NCBI GenBank assembly: GCA_051362555.1
Contig: CM120643.1
Location: forward strand, 28,648,848 to 28,712,847
Source of the DNA: Lingula anatina
Taxonomy: Eukaryota; Animalia; Brachiopoda
Direction of reading: 5' to 3'
Length of the DNA: 64,000 nucleotides
The position numbers were made by a program, and so were the translations under genes. Each line of letters opens with the position of its first letter. The first letter of the stretch is position 1. Below are positions 41,001 through 54,000 of the stretch, one piece after another. A model generated the notes under the pieces. That model was not told the DNA's origin and made no database searches. It saw only the letters and a program-made list of their open reading frames with translations.

Positions 41001-44000
41001 GCATTTTAATAACCGGTTTATATCCCAGCTCTTCTGTAACAAATATGTTATCCCCCTCTTGGTGGGACCACGTTTAAAGACAAGTCCACAGCAATCAATT
41101 TATCACAGTCCTATATCAATATGGAGACAATTATCATTACCTAAAAGAAATTGCCATTTTCCTTTAGGGAAGTCCTTCAAGATTAATCCACTAGTTTAAG
41201 ATCAGTGCCAGTAATCCAGTATGCTTTAACATTAAAATATTCCCAGACAGACTAAAGTGGAATATCAGAATCACATTCACTCTCAGTGGAACAGAGCGTC
41301 CAGAAGCTTAATGTAAAAATAAATGTCCCATTTTAAATCCCATTTTCTTGATTTAAAGGTCTATAAAATCCATGATGTTGCATTAGATCCACCATATTTT
41401 GTCCAGTGTCTCCACCTCCACTTAGTGACCACAGGGGTCTGTGGTCACCATGGGGGTCAGGTGTCACAGGTCAGCAAGGAGACACATTTTTTAAACGTGA
41501 GCAGTGTCGTTCCACCCACCACACATGCTCCACATGCTAGCCTCTCTGCTGTCTCCTGTCAGGCATTTAGATTAATTACACATCCCAAGTTCAGCACCGG
41601 AAAAGAATAATGATGACCCTATCTTCTTGACTAACATAAATGTGTACTATAGATAACTGGAATTTTTGAATGCCTCACTTCTGTTTTATATCTTAAGTTT
41701 AACATTTTTTTACATGATCATTTTCATGATATCACAAAAATGTACTATTTGACCAGAGTCAAGTAACTTTTCAAAATTTCTTAATCAACATTTCTTAATA
41801 TAAATAAAAAACATTTTGGGAAAAATTATTAATTGATTCCAACTGAATTTTCTAAGTAAATACCATATAGCCAGCACCAACGAGGCTGACTTGTCCAGCA
41901 ATGAAAACATCCAAAGTTTTCACTGAAATCTTAACCCATCCCTGCTATTACACAATCCAAGTGGGGAGAAAAAAAGAAAACCAAGTCAGCTGACAACAAC
42001 ATATCCCTGATCAGAATCTTAAAAAGAAAAAAAATCTTAGTTGCCTGGATCCTGTGCTCTGGTCTGAGTCTGTCAGGTTAAACTAATGCACACCTCAAAG
42101 TTTCGCCTCTCTGATCCTGAGACAAGATTTCTGATCCAAAGTTCATGTGAGTGCAAAAGTTTTCCAGCTGATACAGTGAAACCCCAACAAGAGCTGTCTC
42201 CTTGGCTTTATTTTTCAAGGCACAGGGTCCATCCAGTGACTTGAACACAATAATATATCTCTTACTGTGTGAAAATCATGGCTCTCTCGAATTAAAATCA
42301 GTGTCAAAATTTCTAATTCAAGGTCCACATTAAGTGTAAATTATTTCCAGAAGTGAAATGTATGTCTCCAAGATGAAATACACAGTTCAAGGCTCTATGT
42401 CCATCCTCATTATTGAGTCTTGAGCTCTTATGCATGGATGTGAAAACACCTTTATAACAACAGAGTACTAGAATCTGATCCTAAATCTGATCCTAAACCA
42501 AAATACCAGAATAATGAAGTGATGTTGAAACTCTTCATAAATATAAGTTGCCATCTCTAAGATACAGATACTTCATCCACGGTACACAAAAGAGATCCTC
42601 TTACTGCATGACAATATTTATAACAAACAAGTAATCACCTAATAACACATTATGTAATATATCCAACTCCTCAACAAACGTGAAAATTATCAAGTAAAGG
42701 CAAAACACTTCATGGAAGTCTATGCGATAATCCCTGTTCAGAAAGCAAAGCACAGTTAACTGAAAAATTGCGTCAATGCATGTCCTCGGAATACGTAATA
42801 AGGATGTTTTACAAAATAAATACCCTCACTGACGGCTGCTACTACAAAATATTTATGCCTCCCGTGAGGTTTTTACTTAAAACACTAGCGGGATGGAAAA
42901 AAACTGGTAAAGCTGGTTACTAAACTATTTTTAAAGAAAAAAAAACTGACACTTAGTAAAAGCATGTGGTATTCCAGTGGCATTTGCTTCTTTTCTTCAG
43001 TGCCTTTAAGGCAGAATATGACAACTGCAAGTCCAACTGAATCTCTTCATTTTTGTGCATAATTATCCAATCCTTAACATTCCTCAATTTAGTAAAGGAA
43101 GTTGAAGAAAAATTTTATTTGGACTTAAGTTGGAGAAAAACCAAAACTCTTGAGAAAAAACTTCCCTCAAGCTGTCAAATTTTTGGATTTAGACCGAACA
43201 AAGTTCATGTCATACCAAGGAAAAAACTTTCCACAATTTAACCTTCTTCAAGGCTTTACCTACTAGCCATTAACTTTAGTTATAAAGTTAAATTTTTCAT
43301 GTCAAGAAATGACAGGTCCACCCTTGTCCTGTAGCATGTTTTGTTGGCTGACTAAATTTCAAAATGAATCAGGGAAAAAAAAACACCCTCCCCTCACGCC
43401 CACTGCCTGATAACACACAGGTGGATGTCATCTGGAAATATTTGGTGTAGAAAAAAAAAAAAAAAGAGCTGGACATTTTCACCCTGAGAGTGAGGCTATA
43501 TAGACAAGAGCCTACCTCTTTCCTGGATGTAGACAGGGATGAGGCTGCCATTTAGTGAAAATGTCATGAAATATGGAGTGAGGTACAGGGCCGGCCCAGG
43601 TCGATGAAAATTTTGGCTTTAAAAAAGTCAGAAATCTTGCAGATAGTCAGAAAAATCTCTTCCCTGTTTACAGCACAAGGGGTTAAGTAAGGCAATAAGG
43701 AATTTCAGACAAAAAGTTGGTCTTAATTTTAAGATTTATATTCAATTCAATTCAATTTATTTCTGTACTGGTACATAGATTGTCATGACCTTGTACGATA
43801 TGATATACAAATGACGATACAATACAGTTAGTGCATTACCATCTTTATATAATGAAGATAAGTACTAGTAATATTACTCATAAAACATTCTATCTAAGCA
43901 ATGAGATAAACCTTGGTGTGATTATAAATTTACCATAAACAGGGGCGGATCCAGAGATATTTTCTGACAGTGTTCCAAATGATCTTTGTTGACCCATCCT

Positions 44001-47000
44001 CATTTTTGACTGGCTTCCGGCAGAAAAAAATTACATAACCGTCAATGTAAACTTGCAGATTTGACCGTCTTCTGGAAGACCCAGAAGACGGCCTAAATTC
44101 GCCCCTGATAAACATACTATAAACATGTTACACAAAGAGAATATGTTTTTAAAGAACTTAAAACCACCGTTACATAGCTGTTTACATGGCTGTTTGATGA
44201 CATTGATAATTACGATTAATGACAATTACATAATATACCTTTAGGATACTTGAAATGAAAAGTCTTTTTAATGAAAAGAAAGAAAGAATTTGCTAAAGTT
44301 TTAGAAAATTTAGACTAATGATTAAATTAAATTTATTTTAAATGGCAAAAAACTACAGATTTACAGAAAAAGACTTAAGTTTTCAGTCTCAAACTTAAAC
44401 CAAACATTTTGCTATTTAGTCAAACTAGCCCATATGTTGACTTATTATTGAGAAAAGTCAGAAGAAGCCTTAGGAAACTCAGGGTGATATGTCAGGCTCA
44501 GTGAGCATGGAATGTGTGAAGGGCTATCTCTGGTTTGACAGTCCACTGCTGGGGAAAACAACTGCAGATCAAATTTCTTTTAAATGTCACTTCACAATGC
44601 AGGTGCCTCTCCACAGTACGGGACTAGCTGAGAGCAAACTGTAATTGAGATATTCCAAACATTTTTGCAGAACTGCCAGCTTTTATTATTTTTTTCCTAT
44701 TTCAAGCATGAAATCAAAGGTGCAATTTTTTTTACTGTAACTCCACAAAAAACTGGTGTTTTTTCATATAATCAAAAACAAAACATATTGAGGATAAAAT
44801 GTTGTTAAAAATAAAGAAATTTGTAATGCAAATGCTGGATTTTGTCTTTTTTTACAGTAAATACTGGTAAGCATTCCTAGTAAGTTACTATCAAGAATAA
44901 TATATGATTTAAATTCCAAGATAAACTACGAAACCCACTGTGGCACCTGATTGTTCTGGCTCACTGTTTAACTGGTCAGTGTGTCCTCACCATCTTCTAT
45001 TAAATAATCATAAGTTGATACTTTATTGTTATTTCTTTAATATGAGTAAATCTATTTAGCCTGAAATATTATAATGTTTAAATCATCTAAGTCCCTTCAC
45101 ATTTCATTCAAAAATTTTAGCATAATTTTTGGTAAAAGTGAAAAGTTTTGTATTAACCATTTTTGTTTCTAGAATCCACTTGCCAAGCATCCCACAAAGA
45201 TATAACCCAAGCCACCATGATTCTCATTTCTGCCACCAGATGTCACACTCTACCATCCTCTATCAAGACAGACAATCTCATCTAAACACATTTCCCACCA
45301 GAGGTAGCTCTCTTCAAGTCTTTATCAAGACAATCTCATCTCAGGTTTCCATTCAAAATAAAATGTCACATGAAGAAATTTGACATTCTTTTAAAAGAAT
45401 AACAGTCACTTTGACAGTAGTTCCAATACAAACATAAAGGCATATCAAATTTAAATAAACAATTCTGATGACGAAAATCTTTATTATTTATACCACTATC
45501 ATCATTATCATTATCACTAAAAATGTCATCTAAAAATTTACCGTAATCTGTGCCTCAAAACATCTCAAAATAATTTCAACAAAATCTGAAATCAAGCACA
45601 TTCAACTTACTTGTGCTTCTTCTGTTGTCTCTTTCTTTGGTCCCTCCTGAGCTTTCTCCACCACCTCCACTGACCTCTCAGGACTATTACGATATCCCTC
45701 CTGGAAACCTGCACGCCTGCCCTCTACAGGTACGTCTGGGCTTTGGCGATAAACATCCTCTGAGCCTCTCCTCGGAGCTTCCATCCCTCTATCAGGGCTC
45801 CGACGATATGGATCATTGTAGAGTCTTTTCGGCACTTGTCTGCCCCCGTCCTGCTCTTCAAACCCTCGCCTCTGAGGACTTTGTTGATACTGGTTGTCTT
45901 GGTAACTACCTCTCCTGGTCTGATCTGGGAGCGGCAGTTCAGCTGGACTGTGTCTGTACACCTCCTGGAAGTCATTCCTTGGCACCTGTCCGTAGGATTC
46001 CTGGAATCCCCCACTGCTGTTGCTGCCCCTCCTGTAGGGATCCTGGAACCCATTTCCTGGACTTTGCCGGTAGTCATCTTGGTAGGCTGCACTCCTGGGA
46101 CTTTCTCTGTACTGGTCCTGGTACCCAAGAGTCCCAGGTTCCTTGAAATCATCTCTAGGACTGTGACGGTAGGGTTCCTGGTAACCACCCCCACTGCTCC
46201 CCCTCCTGTACGGATCCTGGTACCCACTTCCTGGAACATCTCGGTAGTCGTCCTGATACCCTCTATCCATGGGTCTCTGGTTGTAGGGGGTGGGGTACAC
46301 ATTACTGAGAGGCTCTTGGTACTGGTTCCTGTACCCCCCTCCACTGCTGACAGGGAGATCTGGACTCTGTGTATGGGGGTAGGCCACCGAGGACTCAGCA
46401 TACATCCCTCTAGTAGGGTCTACACCGGGTGACATATAGGAATCATAAGCTGGAGGAATCAAGGGGGAGTATGGTGTCCCTGGGGCCCCGGGGGTGGTAG
46501 GGGTGGTGGGTGAGGCAGCCCCTCCATAGGGGTATGTTGATGATGATGGTGTTGACCCTGTGTGTGTAGGAGTGGACAACTGACCGGCAGCTGACCCTCC
46601 TTCCCTGTATTTCTTCTTTAAGACCAGAACTTTCTCTCCATTCTGAAACACAGGAATGTGTCAAGATAATGATGATACTGATGATAAATAAATAATAATG
46701 CTAATTATTATTATTATTATTATTATTATTATTTTTATTTTTTTTTTTTTATTAACACTTTTATCATTCAAACAACAATAACATTATAGATACCTAATTT
46801 ATCAAATTTTGATAGTACGAGGTGTTCAGTATCTTTAACAACAAATACTGTATTTAGCACCTTAATCTTAGTTTAATTTTGTCAAATGATTCTATCAACA
46901 AATATCCAGACATGATAACAGGGTCAAATATAATATTAGCACATCTGCTAAGTTTCATCATTTGAAATACATTCCCTGCTACTATAATAAAACATACAGG

Positions 47001-48029
47001 ATGTGCAAGTGTCATTATATGACTCATGCCACGTGCATGTTAACACTATCATGTTAGCACTGTGACAAGTTGATACTGCTAAATGATTCCCTTCCGGTCC
47101 CTCATTATTCTGTAACAATAGCTTTTATTTAACTTTTTTATTACTTTTTTTTTTCATGGTGGGGGTGGTATATGCATAACAGTCTTAGATGAGAACAAGG
47201 CAGCAAAGCTGTCAAATGTACAGACAAAAAACAGAAAATAAAGATGCAAAAAAAGGTCATTTTGTCAATTTTGATGCAATAATAAATAATGCTTATAATA
47301 GCACTGTCAGTCAACACTGAATTTTAATCATGCACAACAGGTAACATGGTCAATAACAGGAGCGGACCCTGAGATATTTTCTGACAGTATTCCAAAGTAT
47401 CTATGTTGATCCATCCTCCATTTTGATGGTCTTCCAACAGAAAAAAATACATACCAGTCACTATAAACTTAATAACCTGTCTTCAAGAAGACCCAGAAGA
47501 TGGTCTCAATCCACCCCTTCGATAAGATTACAGTTTCAGGACCATGAGAGACTATAGTCACATGATGAAAGTCTCAATATTTGAAAAATGATGACAGTGC
47601 ATAAAATAATTTTAAATAATGTTTAAAGACATAAAAAAAAAAATACAATTGCTTATGTGGAAATACAGAAAATGTGCAGAGCCTCGAGGGGGTGAGAGTT
47701 AAAAGTCACAAATGCAAGTGTTTGAGAAAAAATTGTAAAGGAAAACATAACAAAACTAGAAAACCACCGAGAGTGCAGACCTCTGCCAAGGCAGCAATTG
47801 TTGATTATTGTTGATTATTGATTGATTATTGAGCCAGACCACCACTAAAAACTAATCATTGTCCTCTTTGGCCCAATTCTGACAGTTCCTAAAAATTTCA
47901 GCAAAATCGGTCCATAACTTTTTGAGTTATGTTGATGACAGACAAACAGGGGTGAAAATATAACCTCCTAGGCAGAGCCTGAGGTAAATATAATTTCAAT
48001 GAAGCTGCTATTCAAACTTTTAATCTTTG

Positions 48030-48094
<65 letters not shown>

Positions 48095-51000
48095 ACCTGC
48101 ATAATTATCACTGCTTATTTATTATTAATCTAGCAGAGAGCTTAACTTTTGGGAGTTTACAAGGAAATATCAACAAGTGTGCTTTATGTAATCTCCTTTA
48201 ATGGCTTATCAATTAGGCAAATGACTTTATAACTCAGAAATTAGACTAAGTGATACCCAAGGGATATTAACAGACTGACCCTCTCAAAGGTCTTTCAGGC
48301 CCATAAGTCACATCTTAAGAAAAGCACAAAACAATAATGCACAAAATAGGAGACTACCAATTCTGATGCAATAATACATTATGTTTTACTGCACAGTCAA
48401 CATCAAATTTTAATTATGCACAACAGGTAACAACGACAAAAGTAAAAGCATAAGGTTTCAGGCCCATCAGAGTTCAAGTTTATACTTAGAAAGTGCCAGA
48501 ATGAGAAAAATGAAAATTTCACACAAAATTGCATAAATTCAATAATAAATGATAACCCAATTGACCTGGCTTTCTAATTTGAACTGCATGCCAATCCTAA
48601 AAATCATACTTGTAAGTTAAAAATAATAATAAGTAACACAGTTTTCTTTTCATAATGTTTGCAGTAGCAATGCAAAAATATTGTTGTCAATTTTGATGAA
48701 ACATTACATAATAAATTATAGAATAATTATCACCAATCTTTGATTATTGACAATAAATAGCATGGACATGTAGAAAATTTGATTACCATTCGGCTTCATG
48801 TCCATGGGAGCTCCGAGTCCCACAATGAATATTTCACTCAAATGTATAACTTCCAGAAAAAGAAGCCAATTAGACTGCTTTTCCAACTCATTCTGCATTT
48901 TAGTCCTGTTTTTCTTTTTTAAAGGTTTGACAGTCATAACACGGTTTTCCCATAATGCTCATCATAGCAGCAGCACCAAAAATTGTGTTTTCTTCTATTT
49001 TGATGCAATATTACATAATGCTTAACAGCATAATGACCATCAATTTTTAATAATAGAATATTAGTAACATGGACATTCAGAAAACAAGACAAGCAAAGGT
49101 CTTCAGGATCATGGAACTTCAAAGTCACACCTTAAAAATGCCAATCAGTGGAAAATTAAATTTTCACAAAAAACTGTTTAACTGCCAGAAAAAATTACCA
49201 AACAGACTGCATTGCCAACTGAAGCTGTATTTTAGTCCCATGTTTCTTTCCTGTAAGTTTGAGAACGGTAATTGACATGATTTTTGTTAAATGGTCATTA
49301 TGAGAGCAGTGCCCAAAATAGGGGTTTCTTCAAATTTTGATCCAATATTACATAATGTTTAACAGCATAATGACCATCAATTTTTAATAATGGAATATTA
49401 GTCACATGAACATTCAGAAAACGTGACTAGCAAAGGTCTGCAGGCTCATGGAACTTCAAAGTCACACCTTGAAAATGCCAATATGTGAAAAATTAAATTT
49501 TCACAAAAAACTGTTTAACTGCCAGAAAAAATTACCAAACAGACTGCATTGCCTACTGAAGCTGTATTTTAGCCCCATGTTTCTTTCCTGTAAGTTTGAA
49601 AACAGTAAGTGACATTGTTTTTCTTAAATGGTCATCATGGGAGCAGTGCCCAAAATAGGGGTTTCTTCAAATTTTGATGCAATATTACATAATGTTTAAC
49701 AGCATAATGACCATCAATTTTTAATAAGGAATATTAGTAACATGAACATTCAGAAAACGTGACTAGCAAAGGTCTGCAGGCTCATGGAACTTCAAAGTCA
49801 CACCTTGAAAATGCCAATATGTGAAAAATTAAATTTTCACAAAAAAACTGTTTAACTGCAAGAAAAAATTACCAAACAGACTGCATTGCCTACTGAAGCT
49901 GTATTTTAGCCCTATGTTTCTTTCCTGTAAGTTTGAAAACAGTAAGTGACATGGTTTTTCTTAAATGGTCATCATGGGAGCAGTGCCCAAAATAGGGGTT
50001 TCTTCAAATTTTGATGCAATATTACATAATGTTTAACAGCTTAATGACCATCAATTTTTAATCATAAAATATTAGTATCATGGATATTCAGAAAATGTGA
50101 TTAGCAAAGGTCTGCAGGCTCATGAAACTTCAAAGTCACATCTTAAAAATGCCAAAATGTAAACAAGACAGCACTGTTCTGAAATGGGTTTATTTCCATT
50201 TTTAACATTTTTTTAACATAAAACAAAATAAACAGTTTGTTGCCATTTTTATATGACCAACTAAGAAAATTGATGAGATGGGAAAAATATCAATAGAACA
50301 GTGTTTAATGTCCAATTACCTCCATTCTGAGATTCTGAACATAGTGGATGATTGAATCTGACAAACTGCAATGATGAGTTTATTACCATTTTTGACACTT
50401 TATTACACAATACACGATAACAAGTTTACCATCATTTTTACACAATCAATTAACAATGTTGTAAAGATGCAGGAAATATCAAACAAACACTTTTACGTAT
50501 CTTATTAGTTAAATAATGAGACTGTTCACATGCCTAATAATTGAATCTGAGGAAATGTGAAAAAACAGCAGAACTTCTAAAATAAAAGCCCGATCATGCT
50601 GATTTTCGAACTTGACCTGCGTATTATGAATATCCATCAGTTCTGTTAGTTTTAAGCCAAAAGGTAAAATGTTATTTCACTTATCGTGTTATCGGTGTTG
50701 CATATATGCTGAGAAAAGTGAAAAAACAACGTAACTTCCCTAAAAATGACCCGATCATGCTGATTTTCAAACTTGACCTGCGGATTATGAATATTCATCA
50801 GTTTTGTAAGTTTCAAGCCAAAAAGTAAAATGGTTTTCCACTTATCGTGTTATCGGTGCTGCATACATGCTGAAAAAAGTGAAAAAACAGCATAACTTCC
50901 CTAAAAATGGCCCGATCATGCTGATTTTCGAACTTGACCTGCGTATTAGGAATATTCACCAGTTCTGTAAGTTTCAAGCCAAAAGAAAAAACGGTGTTCC

Positions 51001-54000
51001 ACTTATCGTGTTATCGGTAAAAGTGCACGACGGCGACGACGGCGACGACAGACGCAGATGATGGCTACGGTAAAGTCTTGAAAATTTCGTCGTTCTTGAA
51101 AATTTCGTCGGCCGACGATTTTCCGCAGACGTAATTTTTTTCCCTTTGAAAACTTCGTCGACCTTGAAAATGAGGTACTCGATAATTTTTGAAAAGTTCG
51201 TCGCCAAATATGGCCGCGTTGTCCAGCTCAAACATAAAGGTAATGCGTCAGTTGATTCAAGACAATGATACGATCAGGATATCATTGCCGATAACACTCT
51301 CAATGGGAGATAGGAACAATAGTGCGCCCCTGCGAGCGGTCATTCACAATATAGATGGTTTAGATGTGAATTCCCGTTCTCAATTGCGGGAACGTCGGCC
51401 TTTTGTCTTTAGTTTTATTACTATTACCTGGCTCAAGGCGGCAAATAGAAGACAGGCCGCGGCTCTGTCATTTGTAACGCCGTTATTGTTATCGGCGGCT
51501 GTCCTAAATGAGGAAGACACAATGAAAAAATCAAGATATTATCTCGAAGGGAAATGTACCTGTCACTTCTATTCATGGCCATGTTCAATTTAGGACCATT
51601 TAACGATTACCTGGCTCGAACATGGAGATCGTTCGCAATGCGAATGGGACGAGATGGCAATTTCATATCTTCAGCGGAGAATCGTTCGCGTAATATCGTC
51701 AACAGATCGTTCGCGATCCAAACGAGACGAGAAGATAATTTTCATATTTGTAGCGGACTCCGTTCGCGTAAGATCACCAGCGGGAGATCGTTTGCGATTC
51801 GAGAGAGACGAAAAGGCAATCTTCATATCTTTAGCGGGAGATCGTTCGCGATGTAAGCGAGAATAAAATGCACTTTTCATATTAGTTCAAGGGAACTTCG
51901 TTCGTGGAAGATCGTCAGCAGGAGATCATTATTTTAACCCCCCCCTCCCCCTTTGAATTTTATAAATAATATATATTTTTCATTTTATCTTTAACCCCCC
52001 CCCCCTTCCCCACTCACGGCATATCTTCGGCGGAGATCATCAGGACTTTGTTTGCGTAAGATCATATCAGAGGGAGATCGTTCGCAATCCTAGCTAGACG
52101 TAAAGGCAATTTTCATATCTTCATCGGGAGATTGTTCGCGATGTAAGCAATAATAAAATGCAGTTTTCATATTAGTTCAAGGAACTTAGTTTGCCAACGA
52201 TCGTCAGCGGGAGATCATTATTTTAACCCCCCTCCCCCTTTGAATTTTATAAACAACATATATTTTTCATTTTATCTTTAACCCCCCCCCTTCCCCCGCT
52301 CACGGCATATCTTCATCGGAGAATCGTTCGCGTAATATCCTCAGGACTTTGTTCGCTATGTAAGATCGTCAGAGGGAGTTCGTTCGCGATCCGAGAGAGA
52401 CGAAAAGGCAATTTTCATATCATCATCGCAGGGAGATCGTTCGCGATGTAAGCGAGAATAAAATGCACTTTTCATATTAGTTCAAGCCTTCAAGGGAACT
52501 TCGTTCGTGGAAGATCGTCAGCAGGAGATCATTATTTTAACCCCCCTCCCCCTTTGAATTTTATAAATAATATATATTTTTCATTTTATCTTTAACCCCC
52601 CCCCCCTTCCCCGCTCACGGCATATCTTCGGCGAAGAATCGTTTGCGTAATATCGTCAGGACTTAGTTCGCGTAAGATCGTCAGAGGGAGATCGTTCGCG
52701 ATACGAGTGAGACGAAAAGGCAATTTTCATATCATCATCGGGAGATCGTTCGCGATGTAAGCAATAATAAAATGCAGTTTTCATATTAGTTCAAGGAACT
52801 TAAATTGCAGATGATCGTCAGCGGGAGCAATTATTTTAACTCCCTGTAAATTTTTAGGAAGTTACAGATGGTAATTTTAGAAGGCCTGACACTTAATCCT
52901 GGGAAAAGCCCTGCATGCAACAAACGTTGCCAAGTGCGTAATTTTTTTTTTTTTTTTGAATATGTCGCATCCAGGTTATGATGCAAGGTTGCAATTAGGC
53001 TTATCTTGATCCTTCTTCTCTATCAGGAGGTATGTTTCTTACCGAGAAGATAATTCTCAACATATTTTCGGGTACAGTAAGTTAAATATAACTTAAAAGA
53101 GATGCACAAATAAATAGATTATTATTTACCACCAGAAAATGACTTAAGAAGTAGTAATAAATATCCCACAATATAGGAGGGTCAAAGATAACAGCCGCTA
53201 AGGATAAAAGCACAAAGGCCGGATTTTTGAAAATTTCGTCATACCCAGGAGTCGGGGAGAGGTAATTTTGAAAAATTAGTCGGATTTACACAATTAAAAA
53301 TATTAATTAATTTTTAAGCGACGAAATTTTCAAGACTTTACCGTATATGTACAGACACATCTGTGTCTGTACATAAAAAGAAAACAACCAAATATTAACA
53401 GGAACTACACACTTTTACACTCAATAATCTGATCTGAAATATGTAATGGCTTGTTGATTTGAATAATAAGGAGAAGTCTTATCAATTAATTAGTTTAATA
53501 GGAAAACGTATTTCTGAGCAATGTTTTAACTTTTTTCACTAAATTATCTATAGCTCTCTCCTTTTAGGTTTCAGACTGAAAGTCTTGATGTACTTTGACA
53601 CTAGTAGTTGACTCAAATTAAATTCAGAAAATACGGCACCTGTTTCACAAAAATGCTACATATGGCTGGCATTTTGAGGCAACAGTTGCTAGAAAAAAGT
53701 GATGTACCTGGATCATAGCTGATCCAAATAATTCGGTCCATGAAGATTTCTCAAGCAAGAATATTCTGATGCATTTTATCCTAATCATGCACTTGCACCC
53801 TTTATCAAGAAGCTTTCTAAGTCCCTTAGACCCTTAAATAATTCAACTAAAGTATCATCCTGCAACACTCTAATTACTAACACCCAGGCCTGTAAGAAAA
53901 TTGGGGGGGGGGGGGGGGGGGGGGGTTTCAGGGAAAAGGAGAGTGAGAAAAAAAAATTTTGGCCAGAAAAGGTCTGCTTCTAGTTCAATACCTTAACAGA

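Noticed and set aside
45613-46664. Overlapping ORFs 45613..46146 (+), 45836..46432 (+), 45724..46401 (-), 46443..46664 (-)
   Set aside because: Shadow frames of the GC-rich repetitive SOWAH exon; no recognisable product.
51189-51880. ORFs of 69-134 aa inside the TIR element as a transposase
   Set aside because: No HTH or DDE motif; they largely translate the internal repeats.
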